From Hydrurus foetidus (lineage: Eukaryota): DNA of 59,472 nucleotides. The position numbers and the translations under genes were made by a program. Location of the stretch: positions 1 to 59,472 of the forward strand of contig UYFQ01000483.1 in the NCBI GenBank assembly GCA_900617105.1, written 5' to 3'. Positions 35,549 to 46,968 of the stretch are shown in pieces. Positions within the stretch are counted from its first letter, which is position 1, and every line of letters starts with the position of its first letter. The notes beneath the pieces are model-generated. The model saw only the letters and a list, made by a program, of their open reading frames with translations. It did no database searches and had not been told where the DNA came from.

Positions 35549-38500
35549 ATGAGTGATAATGGATCTGAAGACGAGTTCGAGCTGTCCAACACAGACTCTC
35601 CGCCGGCTCTTGCCGACCTCCTTCAACATCCGTTCAGAACTCTGATCGAAGCAGCTCAACCCATCTTCACTGGTCGAGTTACAAGATCTAGGACAGGAGC
35701 AATTCCTCCTTTAGAAAATCCAAATAGTGATTTTCTAGACGAGGTGGAATTAGCCCTTCAAAATCAGGAGGTTGTTCCGACACCACCTTTAGCACCTCGG
35801 GCGCGGAATCTCGGAGCCACAGCGACAACTTTATTTTCGGACAATTTGGAGGCTCAGGATGCAGAGACAAGATTTTCCTTCGCCGATGTGGCAAGGCTCA
35901 TCGACATTATGTCTTCTAAGATCCAACAGCCTCCACCGTTGGTCTCCCAACCGAAATCAACAGTTGGATCTGCTTCTATTCCAACTGCTTCAACGCCCAA
36001 GGACTCTTCTACTCTATCGGTGCCCATATCGGAATACCTGGATACCACCTCTGCGCAATCGAAATTCTTCTTTTCGATGCCCAAGTTTTCCAACTCTGGG
36101 AAGGACAACCGCGACAACATGGAAACGTTCATGGTCGCTCTAGGTGAATGTAAACTTCTTACATTAGCCAAAGGCGATCGTGAGTTACCAGTCATTACTG
36201 CTCGGAACCCTGGAGGGTATTCACCTAGGTCACTGGTATTAGCAGAAGAAGGATTGTATGATGTCATCCCAGCCGATGACATCTACAAAAGATTACACGA
36301 TTTGGATCGCTTATTGGTTATTCTCAATATGGTTACTGGGAAAGATCTACATTATTTGATCAAGCGTGTGATTGCCGACAACGATGCGGTCTTATGGTTC
36401 AAGACTATCTACGATCACATCAACGGCACAAAGAACAGCGACATCAGGAAGGCAACGGATCAGCTCCACTCCCTGAAGCTCAAGTCCACACAAACCATTC
36501 AGGAGAATGTGGCAACCATCGAAGAGGCCTTCAGAGTCCTCAAAGTCGCAAGTGGCGTGCCCGTCACTGATGATCAAAAGCTTTATCATCTACAAGAAAA
36601 GCTGGAGCATGATGCAAGATTCAGCGTCTTATCAATCATGGCCTCATCAAAGACGTCAAAGGCATCCTACGACGACACCATCAAATACCTTGTGCTTCTT
36701 GATCCTGCCCCAGCGGTAGCTCACAAGATGGCTTCCCTTACTCCAACCTTGGAGCTGTGCAGACGTCACATCGCTGGCCTATGTACCAACGGTTCCTCAT
36801 GCAAGTATTCACATGCAGCAGCGCCGCCAAACAAGGGAGCACCATCTGACAAGAAGCCCAACAAGAACCCACCTCCTCTCAAGAAAGATCAGAAGACTCC
36901 ACCGAAGTTTCCTTTCAAGAAACCAATCATCGTGTCAGATTCCCATCGGTCACTGGTTGGATATCCCAAAGGAGTTGCAACGGCAAAGAACCCAGCTGGA
37001 TATTCGCTGAACCAACTTACAACCATCAGGACTTTACAATCTGCTGATGTTGACGGCTGGGCAACAATGGCGATGGATCTAGCAACCATATCGATCGGTT
37101 CAATGTTCTTCGCTTTAAAGAACAATCAACGACATCCATTGCAGAGTTCCCAGAGTTCTACCACCTTGAGCCCTTTCCAAGACTTCGTGAGATCAGACGT
37201 CACCTGTTCACAATGCTCAACTCGGTCGAGAAGTATAACAGATTCGCCGGTTCATCTCCCAGCGACTACGATGGATCTCCTACTGATCCTCTCTCCGGAA
37301 TTGTTGTCAGCTTCCAAGACCTGACAGCAGCTGAACCAAGGATGGTACACATCTTGGTGGCATTCACATGGCTTTCAGAGAGCCCAACCATCTCGAGATC
37401 CGTGAAAATCCGAGAAGATGTTCGTACAGCAGACAAACGGCTTATGCGAATGCTCTACAAAATTGGAAACAGGTTCTTGAACGCCGACGTGTTGATTCCA
37501 GACAGGGAGGGTTCCGAAAATTTCAGTTATATGAACTTCAACCCTCTCTCCGACAAATTCTATCATTCCGACGACTATGGGTTTTACCAATCAAACATGA
37601 GAAACGTGGAGAAGTACTTTGTTGCTATCAGATACATCATGGAGCATCCTGACATTCCATGGCGACTTCTACGTATTCTCTCTTTGGCTATTATCTACGA
37701 CTTCATGTCATTCTGCGCGCAACTACTTCGTGATGCAGTGCAAATGCAAGCTGACGAATCCCAGACAAGAGCAAATGTGTTATTCACATTGAATACATAT
37801 CGATCCAACGCACAGTTCTTGGATCAGATAGTCTTCCACGATGCTTTCTCTGCAATCATCAACAACATCAAACCAATGCCTCCAGCACCACAGTCTTATG
37901 CATTGCAGACAAGCCCAATCACGACATCATATTCACGTATGAGTGCCATCAACAGAGAGGACCTGCTTAGTGAGACGACTGACCACACTGAAGAAAATGA
38001 TGATGATAATGATGATGATGATGACGATGAATACAGTGACGATGAATCAGAAGGTGATGACATAGACATGACTCCACCGGGGTCATCATCTGATCATCAC
38101 AGGAGATGCCAAGAAGACCTGACCCGATACAATCACCCATACGTGATGGGTCATAAACGCAGTCTGTGGGCATCAATCCAGACTGATACCAAGCGTCCAG
38201 CACGCAGGAAGATCATCAAAACATCAGATGACAATGAGTTCAAGGAGACACCGGGAACATCCAGCTCAATGCATGCTCCACCAATGCTTCAAGACCCTCC
38301 TCTTGTTACTGATGATATTGTTCCAGCACTTAAGACTGCTGGTGTACCTCGTATGATTGTATCAGTCCCATATACGATCAAGGAGGAAGAGCAGCAAACA
38401 TTGCAGCTGGAGCATCCTCCCATGTCACTCGACTCTCAGCAATCTACACAAGATATTTTGCATCCTCCAATGGCAGATCTGGCAACCCCTGAGCCATATC

Positions 38501-39018
38501 GAATGCGCACTCCGCCAGCCAAATCACCATCAAGAGATTCAGTGTCTGCCACACGTCGTGCAAAAGCAAGAGCACTGGCTGAGAAAAAGAGTCTCAACTT
38601 ACTTACAGTTACAGACAAAGACAGCAAATTCATGTCATTCAAGAAGACAAGTCACAAGACAGTCATTGACAGTGGTGCATCTACATCTGGTACTGGATTG
38701 CGCAGCAGTCTCCGTGACCTTAGACCTACATCATGCAGTGTCTCAGCAGCTTTCGGGGAGACTGCCCAGCCTACTGAGATGGGACTACTCCCACCATTCA
38801 TGCTCAAGACTATTGTCATCGATCAAATGAATGATACTACACTGCTCTCAGTGTCTCAAGCGTGTGCAAAGGGATTTGTGGGCATCTTCACCTCTAAGGA
38901 CTGCAAGTTCTTCAATGCGATAGATGTCATCCCACACTTTCAGACAATTTCAAAGACAGCTCACCCAGTTATGAGTGGCAAGGTAGAGGAAGGCCTCTAC
39001 TTGCTGGACTCCAACTGA
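35549..39018 (+). pseudogene. gag: copia B gag - CCCH - unknown domain - protease (frameshift ~37065), ending at TGA 39016-39018
   Basis: CRRHIAGLCTNGSSCKYSH, NPAGYS, VIDSGAS, TTLLSVSQAC, GKVEEGLY. Confidence 0.88.
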
Positions 39019-39202
39019 GTGCAACCGGCTCAACTCTTGGTCACGAGTGTAAAGGAGCTTTCGATTTACGACCACGTGCATCGCGTACTAGGACACCCTG
39101 GCGAAGAGGGTATGGCCTGGCACCCACAGTACACCATTGGAGCACACTACTCCAACTTGGATGCATCTACACCAAGACCAATATGCGCAGCATGCGTACA
39201 GG
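39019..39202 (+). pseudogene. pol: copia B integrase N-terminal zinc finger (continues at 46969)
   Basis: YDHVHRVLGHPG...CAACVQ|GTMR restored after removing G2. Confidence 0.92.
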
Positions 39203-39528
39203 TGTTACATACGTTGCTTCATATAAATCACACGTACGTACATACACAATACACGTCACTCGTAGCCACTAGTTTTTCAGATCAGTTTTCGGTTTCTGTC
39301 TGTTCGACAACTTCAACTCGAGACATACTCCATCGTAGCTAAACTCACGCTCTTTTCACTCCTAAAGTAACCAAAGTCACTAAAACCCAAGAACCAGTTC
39401 GACTCCTTTCAGTCAACCGACCATCTCGTCTGTTCCAGTTGTTCAGCGAGAGATCTCAGCTTAGCCCAATTGCGAAGCTGATCAACACGTTTCATCTTCA
39501 GTCAAGTCTCTGAAGCCGTGATACAGCA
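39203..39528 (+). repeat. 5' LTR of G2
   Basis: TGTTAC...CAGCA, direct repeat of 46637-46962. Confidence 0.96.
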
Positions 39529-39722
39529 TAAATATATATTTCTCGTTTACACGAAAAACGTCTAAATCTCAGATCCCTCAGTTGATTCAATCCTTGTACG
39601 CCAGCATCGCAGTGATCGCCCTGGCTCAGCGAGATTTTGAATCTCTGAGGTAATTTCAATACGAAACGAATTGTCCCGAAAAATCATTCAAGAAAAACAA
39701 TTCTACAGTTTCTACATCTAAA

Positions 39723-41408
39723 ATGTCTGAAGGAAAAGGAAGCTTCAATCCTAAGAAGGAGGAGCCAAAGAAAGATGAATCCAAGAAGAAAATCGAGGTC
39801 GTTAAAGAAGATCCCGCTACAGATTCCAATTTCGAGCTCAAGCAGATGTTCGCTCAGTTTCTCATCTTAAGCAAAGACAATCAATCGCGCAATACTATCG
39901 ACATTCAAGAGCTGAGAGATGCAATCTTGGAATTGAAGAAAGGAAATTACCTATCTCCAATACTAGAAGAACTTACCGACACTCCTACGCTCAATAGACC
40001 TCGTGGAGGCAGAAGATCTTCTATGTTTTTCGGAATGTCTCAACCACCATCTAGCACCCTAGGACCAACAACAGACACTAAGCCGAACATACAAGTGCTC
40101 CAAGGCGACATCGTCTACGATAAGGAACTCAAAGTTAGTTCACTAGAAGGCCTTCAATATCTGGCCCGGCAACTTCAGCTTCTATCTTCCAAATATCCTG
40201 GTCGCGAGATCAAGATGGCCCACATGGTCTCCTACAACCTGCGCCCACATGTTCTAGCATCGTGGAACTCATATAGATATCGAGAGTCTGTTATCAATGG
40301 CGCTGAGTCAAGTGAAATTATGGTTGAAGATTGGTTATCTCTAACTAACCCTGAAGTTCAAGAGATCCTGGTGGAAGCTGCCCGACCCCGCACAAAAGAA
40401 TTGTACTCCAAGGAAATCGTCATATTCCTTGGTAAAGGAATCCCTCAGACACCTCCAATAAACACCGACAATTTCTCGAGCTCGTTCTATGCCCCACTGA
40501 TGAAGTCACTCAACGACTTGCTCCATCTTTATGACCTGATGTCACCGGAAACTTCAAACCACAGTGCCAATAAATCCAAAATACCAGTACCTGGCTACGG
40601 TACCAGGGACAGTCCTGGCCAAATCGCCTTATGGCTTATATCCCTAGGCGCTCAAAAAGAAGCTGTACTTCAATGGCTAGGCAAGGATGAACTTATCAAG
40701 CACAAAACTATTGAAACAGCAGTCAAATTCATTCGATCTCGACTAATGGAAGGTCGGGCCCAAAGCGAAGCTCGTCAAGACTTCGACGCAAAACTCACCC
40801 CTATCCGTTATGAAGACCTTCGACACACCCAAGGCGAATCCCACACCCGCCTGCAGACATCCGCGGCAGGTCGTCCACCTTTCGTGACTCCTCGCAGACA
40901 TGAGCACCGTCCACATCTGTCATCTCTCGTAACGTCCGCTCAACCACCGTCATACGCAATCGACAACGAACACAATGATGATGACACTCCAGATGACGAA
41001 ATCGATACTGATGCCTCAAGCATTCATGATGATATACATCATGACGACGATACCCTACTCGCTATCAACTCAGACATTAATCGTTCCCGATCAGCTGTCA
41101 GCGACACCTATCGTGGATATTGCAGCGAACTATTCGTCTACGGCAAATGCTCACGCCAACATTCTGGTTGCACATTTGATCACTCAGCTGCCGGTCAAGA
41201 GCGCTGCATCCAATCATTCTCCCTCCTGACCAAACGAGAGTTACAGCAGCATGCGCAGCTAGAGCCCTGGTCAAAACAGAAACAAGAATCTACAAACGCA
41301 AATAAATCCGCAAACACATACGGTTCCAAGCATGTTGGCTCTCCACATAGCTCTGGATCTGTCCGGCCCTATGTACCGTCAACTTTGACTCGGCCATATC
41401 AGAAATGA
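39723..41408 (+). CDS. gag: G2 Gag-like protein, 561 aa, with CCCH-type finger
   Basis: First ORF after the LTR; CSELFVYGKCSRQHSGCTFDH. Confidence 0.8.
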   Translation: MSEGKGSFNPKKEEPKKDESKKKIEVVKEDPATDSNFELKQMFAQFLILSKDNQSRNTIDIQELRDAILELKKGNYLSPILEELTDTPTLNRPRGGRRSSMFFGMSQPPSSTLGPTTDTKPNIQVLQGDIVYDKELKVSSLEGLQYLARQLQLLSSKYPGREIKMAHMVSYNLRPHVLASWNSYRYRESVINGAESSEIMVEDWLSLTNPEVQEILVEAARPRTKELYSKEIVIFLGKGIPQTPPINTDNFSSSFYAPLMKSLNDLLHLYDLMSPETSNHSANKSKIPVPGYGTRDSPGQIALWLISLGAQKEAVLQWLGKDELIKHKTIETAVKFIRSRLMEGRAQSEARQDFDAKLTPIRYEDLRHTQGESHTRLQTSAAGRPPFVTPRRHEHRPHLSSLVTSAQPPSYAIDNEHNDDDTPDDEIDTDASSIHDDIHHDDDTLLAINSDINRSRSAVSDTYRGYCSELFVYGKCSRQHSGCTFDHSAAGQERCIQSFSLLTKRELQQHAQLEPWSKQKQESTNANKSANTYGSKHVGSPHSSGSVRPYVPSTLTRPYQK

Positions 41409-44400
41409 GATTTTGCGAGGCCTTCGTTAGCTCACATGCACATCGAAGATCACCTCGCCGACCCTCATGACTACCCACTACAAAGTGTCTTCGACCCTGA
41501 CAACATCTTAACAGAAGCCTTGCTCAGTCAGTTGGCAACCGCTACATCCACCTCGTCGCAACTGCTGTGCCAACCCTTCATTCGTTCCGGTACCGTTGTT
41601 ACTAATACCAACCCAATTCTCTTCAGTCGTGGTCTACTTGATACGGGCGCTCAAGGCAGTAACTTCATCTCCCGTCAATTGTATGAAAGATTACCATCGT
41701 CTATAACTGACCTCAGCCGCTCAATTGACCGTGTTGTCCGTCTCGGCGATGCTCGCTCTTTATCAATTCAGTTGGAAGTTCCTCTCACACTTGGAATTCT
41801 CGATTCCACTAAGAATCTCCATCAACACACACTCTGGTATAGTGTCCTCGACGTTCTCAGCCATGACATCATCATTGGCTTGGTCGATCTAATTGGACCT
41901 TTTACGAGCTTTTTGCTGATGCTGTCACAACGTCTCGTCACTTATCTATCACGTCTGGACTTGGGACGCACTTAGTAGACCTCACTGCTGCCGTTCAAAC
42001 ACTTCACAGTGACCGAAATCCTCACGATATAGTTCGAGCAACCCATTCGCTACAACGGCAAACTGCTACCTATCTCGACCGAAAATCTCGAATGTGCAAT
42101 AGTACAAACACTCACATTCAGCTTCTTGCTCTCCAAGACGGCTCCATTACTGATGTTCTCAATCATCCTCGCCTTGGCTACGTCTATGCTGATGATCGTG
42201 TTGAAACTAGGTATGATGCTTTGACCGCACTGCTCTGTTCACCCAGTCCTGGTGACATCATTCAACCTTGGTCAAAGCCTATTGATTCCTTGGCTCCTGA
42301 GGAACTTGAGACTCCTGACCCAACGAGCTTCCCCGATGATATCCTCAATTATCTCACGACATCACTAGATGAAGCTCGCGCCATCTACATTGCCGACCTT
42401 GAGACACATGTTACTCCCGCTATGCGCACCGCTTGCCCAGCCATCATAGAACTATTACAATCCGACCTAGCATACGACGTATTTGTCCCAAGAACATGGA
42501 AAGGTATTGACATGCCTCCGGTACACCTTAGTGTCAAACCCGGCATGCCTGATTATCTCAAGGCTAGACCTCGCCCAATTCGAGAGGCTTTATTCCAAGA
42601 TGCTAAAACAGAATTTGACCGCATGCAATCATACTTCTATGTAAAATCTACATCTCCAATTGCTTGCCCGCTCGTCATCGCACCCAAAGCTACTGCTCCC
42701 TACATACGATTCTGTGGAGACTATCGTGAAATTAATCCCTTCATCGAAATACCTCAAGAACCCATTCCACATGTCCAACAGTCCTTAGCAAAGGCTGCCG
42801 GTTGGAAAATATTTGTTGACTTAGACATGACCAACTCATTCCATCAAATTCCCATCGACGAATTCAGTTCCAATCTCCTCTCTGTGTCTACCCCCTGGGG
42901 ACTCTTCCGACCTAAGTTTCTCCCAGAAGGTGTTGGACCTGCGTCTGGAATTCTTCAGTCCATCGTCCGTCGCATTTTTGCTGATTTCGAAGCCTGGATT
43001 ATAGTAATCTTTGACAATTTTCTTGTGCTGGCCTCTGATTACCAAGATGCTATTACAAAGCTCAAACTAGTACTTCATCGCTGCCAGATCAATGGCCTTA
43101 TCCTTAAAATGAAGAAGTCATGGATCGGCACCGACGTCGTTACCTTCTTTGGTTATGAAGTTCATCCCGGATCATGGCAACTCTCCGACACTCGCAAAGC
43201 GGCTATATCCTCCATGATCTTTCCTACCACGCAAAAACAAATGCAGAGTTTCTTAGGAGCTGCAAATTTTTTCCATACACATATCCCCAACTTTGCTTCC
43301 TGGGCGTCGGCGCTATACGAATGCACTGTCTCTGGCTTCAACTGGGATCCCTCAACATGGAAGACAGACTACAAGAAACTCTTTGACCTCTTCAAGACAG
43401 CAATCACACAGTCTGTCACCTTGCACTTTCCCGACTACACTCTGCCTTGGGTCGTCCGCTCTGACTCCTCCGACCATGCAGTAGGCGCAGTTCTTTTTCA
43501 GGAATTCACCGACTCCAACGGAGCTATCATACATCAGCCGATAGCATTTGCATCCCACAAATACTCAGGCGCTGCCATCAATTGGGACACCTTCAAACAA
43601 GAAGCTTACGCATTGTACTTTTCAATCATTCAGTTTGGCTACTACCTACGCGGTAAACCATTCCTCCTTGAAACAGATCACCGTAACCTCGTCTGGATTG
43701 AAAGCAGTCAGGTCCCCATTGTCGTTCGCTGGCGTGTCCTCCTCCAGAGCTATATTTTCGAAGTTCGACACATTCCAGGAAAAGACAATACCGTAGCTGA
43801 CTGGCTCTCACGCATGTACCCCATACATACTGCATCACCCTCTCTCTCTGCGATCTCAACTCCTACCACCATCACTGACATGTTTAACGCTGTACATGGT
43901 GGTCGCTCCCTCCATCATGGTGCCAAGCGGACGTACTTAGCTCTCTGTCGACGTTTCCCTGGCCATGGCATTCCTCTCAGAGTAGTCCAGGATCTTGTCA
44001 CTGAGTGTCCTCTATGCCAAAAGGATCGACTTCCAATACAAACCATCGAACACAACGAAGTCCGTGAAACATTATTTCACCACCCACGATCTATCGGTAT
44101 AGATCATGTCACTATCACTCCACCGGATGAAGACGGATACATTGGTCTACTACTTGTTGTTGAACTTGATACGAAGTTTCCTCAAGCCTACCCCATCCGA
44201 GATTACACAGCGTATACTGCTGCCACTGTTCTCTTCAAACACTATTGCACATTTGGTACCTACGACTCCCTCTACTCAGACCCTGGCAGTGCCTTCACTG
44301 CTACTGTCCTCGAACATCTCAACCATTGGATCGGTATCCCTCATCATGTTTCCCTCGTTGGCCGACACGAATCCAACGGCACTGAACACGTTAATGGACT

Positions 44401-45169
44401 CTTCCTGGGTCACCTTCGCAGACTTGTCCATGATGAACGATTCACCACCAGATGGGCTTCTGATACAGTCCTACCTCTCATCAACCATGCAATGATGACA
44501 CTGCCCAACACTGAAATTGGCGGTCTCTCGCCTGCTGAACTCAAATTTGGCACTCAAGATTATGCCCGATTCCAGCTGCCACCTCCACTATCACCGGGTC
44601 ACACCTACAGTGATCTCGTAATTGCCCTCGACCGTAACCTTGCCATCGTCCGATCAATCACCTCTGAGTACCAAAACTCACTCCGTCAGCGCCGCCAGTG
44701 TGCTATGCCATCCGATTCCCACAATGTCTTCCAACCCGGTGACCACATCCTCTGGAACCCGTTAGAAACACCCCAATCGTTCCGCTCCAGCAAACTGTCT
44801 CCAAAACTCCTTGGTCCATATGAAGTAATTCAACAAATCAAGAACGATATTAGTTGCCGACATGTTGTGACAAACATCGTTTCCAAACTTCATGCAAGTC
44901 GAGTTACTCCTTACTTCGGCTCCCCTGCAACTGCGTACACTACAGCTCTCCTTGACCGTGATGAATACATCATCGATTTGATTGTCACTCACCGAGGCAA
45001 TCCAAAGAAAGTGTCCACACTCGAATTCCTTGTTCGCTGGCAAAATTACTCCGCAATCCATGACACCTGGGAACCATGGATGGAAATGAAAAACACATCA
45101 GCAGTTCACCTATACCTAAAAACAAATAACATGAAACACATAATACCAAAACAATTCACAAAAGACTAA
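41409..45169 (+). CDS. pol: G2 pol (PR-RT-RH-IN-chromodomain), one 1-nt frameshift in a T-run at ~41900
   Basis: LLDTGA, DLDMTNSFHQ, IFDN, SDSSD, ADWLSR, HHG..CPLC, LLGPY, VRWQNYSAIHDTWEP. Confidence 0.93.
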
Positions 45170-45341
45170 CCTGCAACTTTCCGACTTTACACACTGCTTA
45201 ACTCATGTTTAACCCCTGATTTATGTTGTGACTTGTTTAGTCCGGTATCACGTGGGGCCTCAGGTATATACCACACCCTTCATTTTACCATTCTGACAAA
45301 TCACAAGGGTGTTACCCCGACAATCAATAATTTTTTTAATC

Positions 45342-46220
45342 TTATAATTCATACAATGCAAACTCATAACATAAACACAAATCCTCCATGCGATCAACCA
45401 TGTTATGAGCAGTATATTTCTTCATGCCATATGTACACCCATTGTCCACAATCATCGTCGCATCCGGATTCTCTTCCACTCTAATGCCTATCGCGTGATC
45501 AATTGTTTTCAGTCCAAGTGCATATTTTCCCCATTCCTCCACGACTTGTGCTTCCGTCAATGTGTTCAAATGCTGCATCCATTTCTTGTGCTTATCAGTT
45601 GCCCATCTCGTCTTCCCCAAAATCACAAACTTCTTTCCTGCCTTATTCAAAACAGTTTTCTTCAAACTATTAACATCCCAACCCAACCCAGACTTCATAT
45701 TCATCCCCGTCCTCTTCCACGTGAACTTGACATCCTTTCCTCTTGCCTGATTATTCTCAACAATTCTCCACAAAACCTTCAGTACCTCATGACTATTCAC
45801 CCCTTTCAACAGAGTTCTCCCCTGTCCTCCTATAACTGATATGATTAAGTCCCTTGGATCTATACTCCCACCACATGTTAAAAGTTCTTTTCCTACAGCA
45901 TCTAATACGTTAAACACCGCGAACATCATGCACTGATTCTCTGTCTTTGGCCACAGCACAATATTCTCTTTCTCAATAACATCCCTAATTGCTTGTGCTC
46001 TTGCATTCGCTTCTGCCTTCGCTTTTGCCTTCACTTCTGCTTTCGCTTTCGCTATTGCTATTGCGACCCTCTTCTCCTCCGCTTTCGCTATCGCTCCTGG
46101 TGTTGCATCTGCTATCGCTTTCGCCAATGCTTTCGCCACTAACTTCAATGCTGCTTTCGCTGCTTTTGCCTCTGGAGTTGCAACAGCCCTTCCCATTGTC
46201 GCTCCGTAATCTGCTATCAA
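45342..46220 (-). CDS. Antisense accessory ORF in G2: papain-fold cysteine protease with A/K-rich N-terminus
   Basis: Intact 292 aa; ENQCMMFAVFNVL, DHAIGI, IVDNG give Cys-His-Asp order; homolog at 2318-3541. Confidence 0.78.
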   Translation of the reverse strand: MIADYGATMGRAVATPEAKAAKAALKLVAKALAKAIADATPGAIAKAEEKRVAIAIAKAKAEVKAKAKAEANARAQAIRDVIEKENIVLWPKTENQCMMFAVFNVLDAVGKELLTCGGSIDPRDLIISVIGGQGRTLLKGVNSHEVLKVLWRIVENNQARGKDVKFTWKRTGMNMKSGLGWDVNSLKKTVLNKAGKKFVILGKTRWATDKHKKWMQHLNTLTEAQVVEEWGKYALGLKTIDHAIGIRVEENPDATMIVDNGCTYGMKKYTAHNMVDRMEDLCLCYEFALYEL

Positions 46221-46636
46221 TATCTCACTATATCAAATGCCAATGTCAACTCTATACTCAATCTGTTCTATATTCACTCTTGTATGTATGAAATTGTGAA
46301 TCTCTGATTGATTTGATCAATGTATATATCGCTCAAACTGTCAGTTCGTTTTTGTTTTTGTATATTTTCGATCAGTACACGTCACCAAGAAAAATAAAAA
46401 AATGACGTCGTTGACGGTTTCAACTGACGCCGCGTTCCAGTAGTCTGGTGGGAAGTCTTTCGCTCAAGACGCTTGAGGCCGCGTGTCCGATTCCACTTAA
46501 ATGCCTAATAATTTCCTAATCACTTCATTCAGCTTTTATAGCGATACCTTGTACTTGACGAACTCACTGAGATGTAGTTAATGCATTGTATTTATTTATT
46601 GTCAACTATAATATATTTAAACCGAAAGGGGGGTGG

Positions 46637-46962
46637 TGTTACATACGTTGCTTCATATAAATCACACGTACGTACATACACAATACACGTCACTCGTAGC
46701 CACTAGTTTTTCAGATCAGTTTTCGGTTTCTGTCTGTTCGACAACTTCAACTCGAGACATACTCCATCGTAGCTAAACTCACGCTCTTTTCACTCCTAAA
46801 GTAACCAAAGTCACTAAAACCCAAGAACCAGTTCGACTCCTTTCAGTCAACCGACCATCTCGTCTGTTCCAGTTGTTCAGCGAGAGATCTCAGCTTAGCC
46901 CAATTGCGAAGCTGATCAACACGTTTCATCTTCAGTCAAGTCTCTGAAGCCGTGATACAGCA
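46637..46962 (+). repeat. 3' LTR of G2
   Basis: Direct repeat of 39203-39528, preceded by PPT. Confidence 0.96.
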
Positions 46963-46968
46963 TACAGG

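Larger units (their letters stand above)
39203..46962 (+). mobile_element. Full-length Ty3/gypsy chromovirus G2, recent
   Basis: 326-bp LTRs 39203-39528 / 46637-46962 identical by eye; TACAGG duplicated on flanks; PPT GAAAGGGGGGTGG. Confidence 0.97.
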
